19,155 nucleotides of DNA from Armatimonadia bacterium. Lineage in GTDB: Bacteria > Armatimonadota > Zipacnadia > Zipacnadales > UBA11051. Under the pieces are notes generated by a model. That model was not told the DNA's origin. It worked only from the letters and a program-made list of their open reading frames with translations, and ran no database searches. The position numbers and the translations under genes were made by a program. Shown piece by piece: positions 18,567 to 19,155 of this stretch; the first letter of the stretch is position 1, and each line of letters opens with the position of its first letter. The stretch covers positions 1 through 19,155 of the forward strand of contig JBDKRC010000285.1 in the NCBI GenBank assembly GCA_039683575.1, given 5' to 3'.

Positions 18567-18893
18567 CTAGCCGCTCGAAGTCTTGATCGATACATCAACC
18601 CCACTCGGCAGGTCCAGCTTCATCAGTGCATCGACTGTCCGCTGCGTCGAGTCGAGAATGTCAATCAGCCGCTTGTGCACGCGAATCTCGAAGTGCTCCA
18701 TGGAACGGCTGCTGCGGCCCAGGGCCGTCGGCTTGACGACGCAGTGCACGCTCTTGTCCGTAGGCAGCGGGACCGGACCGGCGATGCGAGCGCCACTGCG
18801 CTCAGCCGTCTCCACGATCTTCTGCGCGGACCGATCGAGGATCTCGTGGTCAAAAGACTTGAGCTTGATCCTGATCTGATTGGTTCTTGCCAT
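18567..18893 (-). CDS. rpsJ: 30S ribosomal protein uS10 (NusE)
   Basis: [36 protein letters not shown] 18893 with GAGGAG/AAGGA SD. Confidence 0.97.
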   Translation of the reverse strand: MARTNQIRIKLKSFDHEILDRSAQKIVETAERSGARIAGPVPLPTDKSVHCVVKPTALGRSSRSMEHFEIRVHKRLIDILDSTQRTVDALMKLDLPSGVDVSIKTSSG

Positions 18894-18948
18894 CGAAATC
18901 CTTCTCCTCGCGGCCACTGTCGCTTGAGACGCGCCCTGAGGCGCATGG

Positions 18949-18974
18949 GGTGGGGCCTCTCTCGAGGCCCCACC
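18949..18974 (-). promoter_or_regulatory. Perfect 11-bp GC-rich hairpin with GAGA tetraloop between tuf and rpsJ, no U-tract
   Basis: Minus strand reads GGTGGGGCCTC-GAGA-GAGGCCCCACC. Confidence 0.55.
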
Positions 18975-18985
18975 GCCTCGTTAAC

Positions 18986-19155
18986 TTAGTCAATAACCTT
19001 CGTAACAACCCCGGCGCCTACCGTGTGGCCACCCTCGCGGATGGCGAACCGGACGCCCTCTTCCATCGCAACCGGCACGATCAGCTCCGCCGTCAGCGTC
19101 ACGTTGTCACCAGGCATGATCATCTCAGTGCCCTCGGGCAGGTTCGCAACGCCAG
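18986..19155 (-). CDS. tuf: Elongation factor Tu, C-terminal fragment (truncated by window edge)
   Basis: Manual translation ...[14 protein letters not shown]...[27 protein letters not shown]. Confidence 0.97.
   Translation of the reverse strand, partial: GVANLPEGTEMIMPGDNVTLTAELIVPVAMEEGVRFAIREGGHTVGAGVVTKVID

Overview
GC-rich bacterial core-genome region with all real genes on the minus strand. It is the str-S10-spc-alpha ribosomal super-operon, in the order tuf(3' end)-rpsJ-rplC-rplD-rplW-rplB-rpsS-rplV-rpsC-rplP-rpmC-rpsQ-[EF-G paralogue]-rplN-rplX-rplE-rpsN-rpsH-rplF-rplR-[no rpsE]-rpmD-rplO-secY-adk-map-infA-rpmJ-rpsM-rpsK-rpsD-rpoA-rplQ-truA(5' part). The layout is Terrabacteria-like, possibly Armatimonadota (weak inference). 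There are two departures from the near-universal gene order. (1) A full-length EF-G II (fusA2-type) gene sits at the S10/spc boundary between rpsQ and rplN. Its guanine-specificity motifs are degenerate (NKxD->AKMT, GSA->SDA) while its domain IV translocation loops are intact. (2) The essential rpsE (uS5) gene is absent from its slot between rplR and rpmD. Several normally conserved antibiotic-contacting loops (uS10, uL4, uL3) are divergent, and many intergenic spacers are long and hairpin-rich. No mobile elements, CRISPR arrays or tRNA/rRNA genes were seen.
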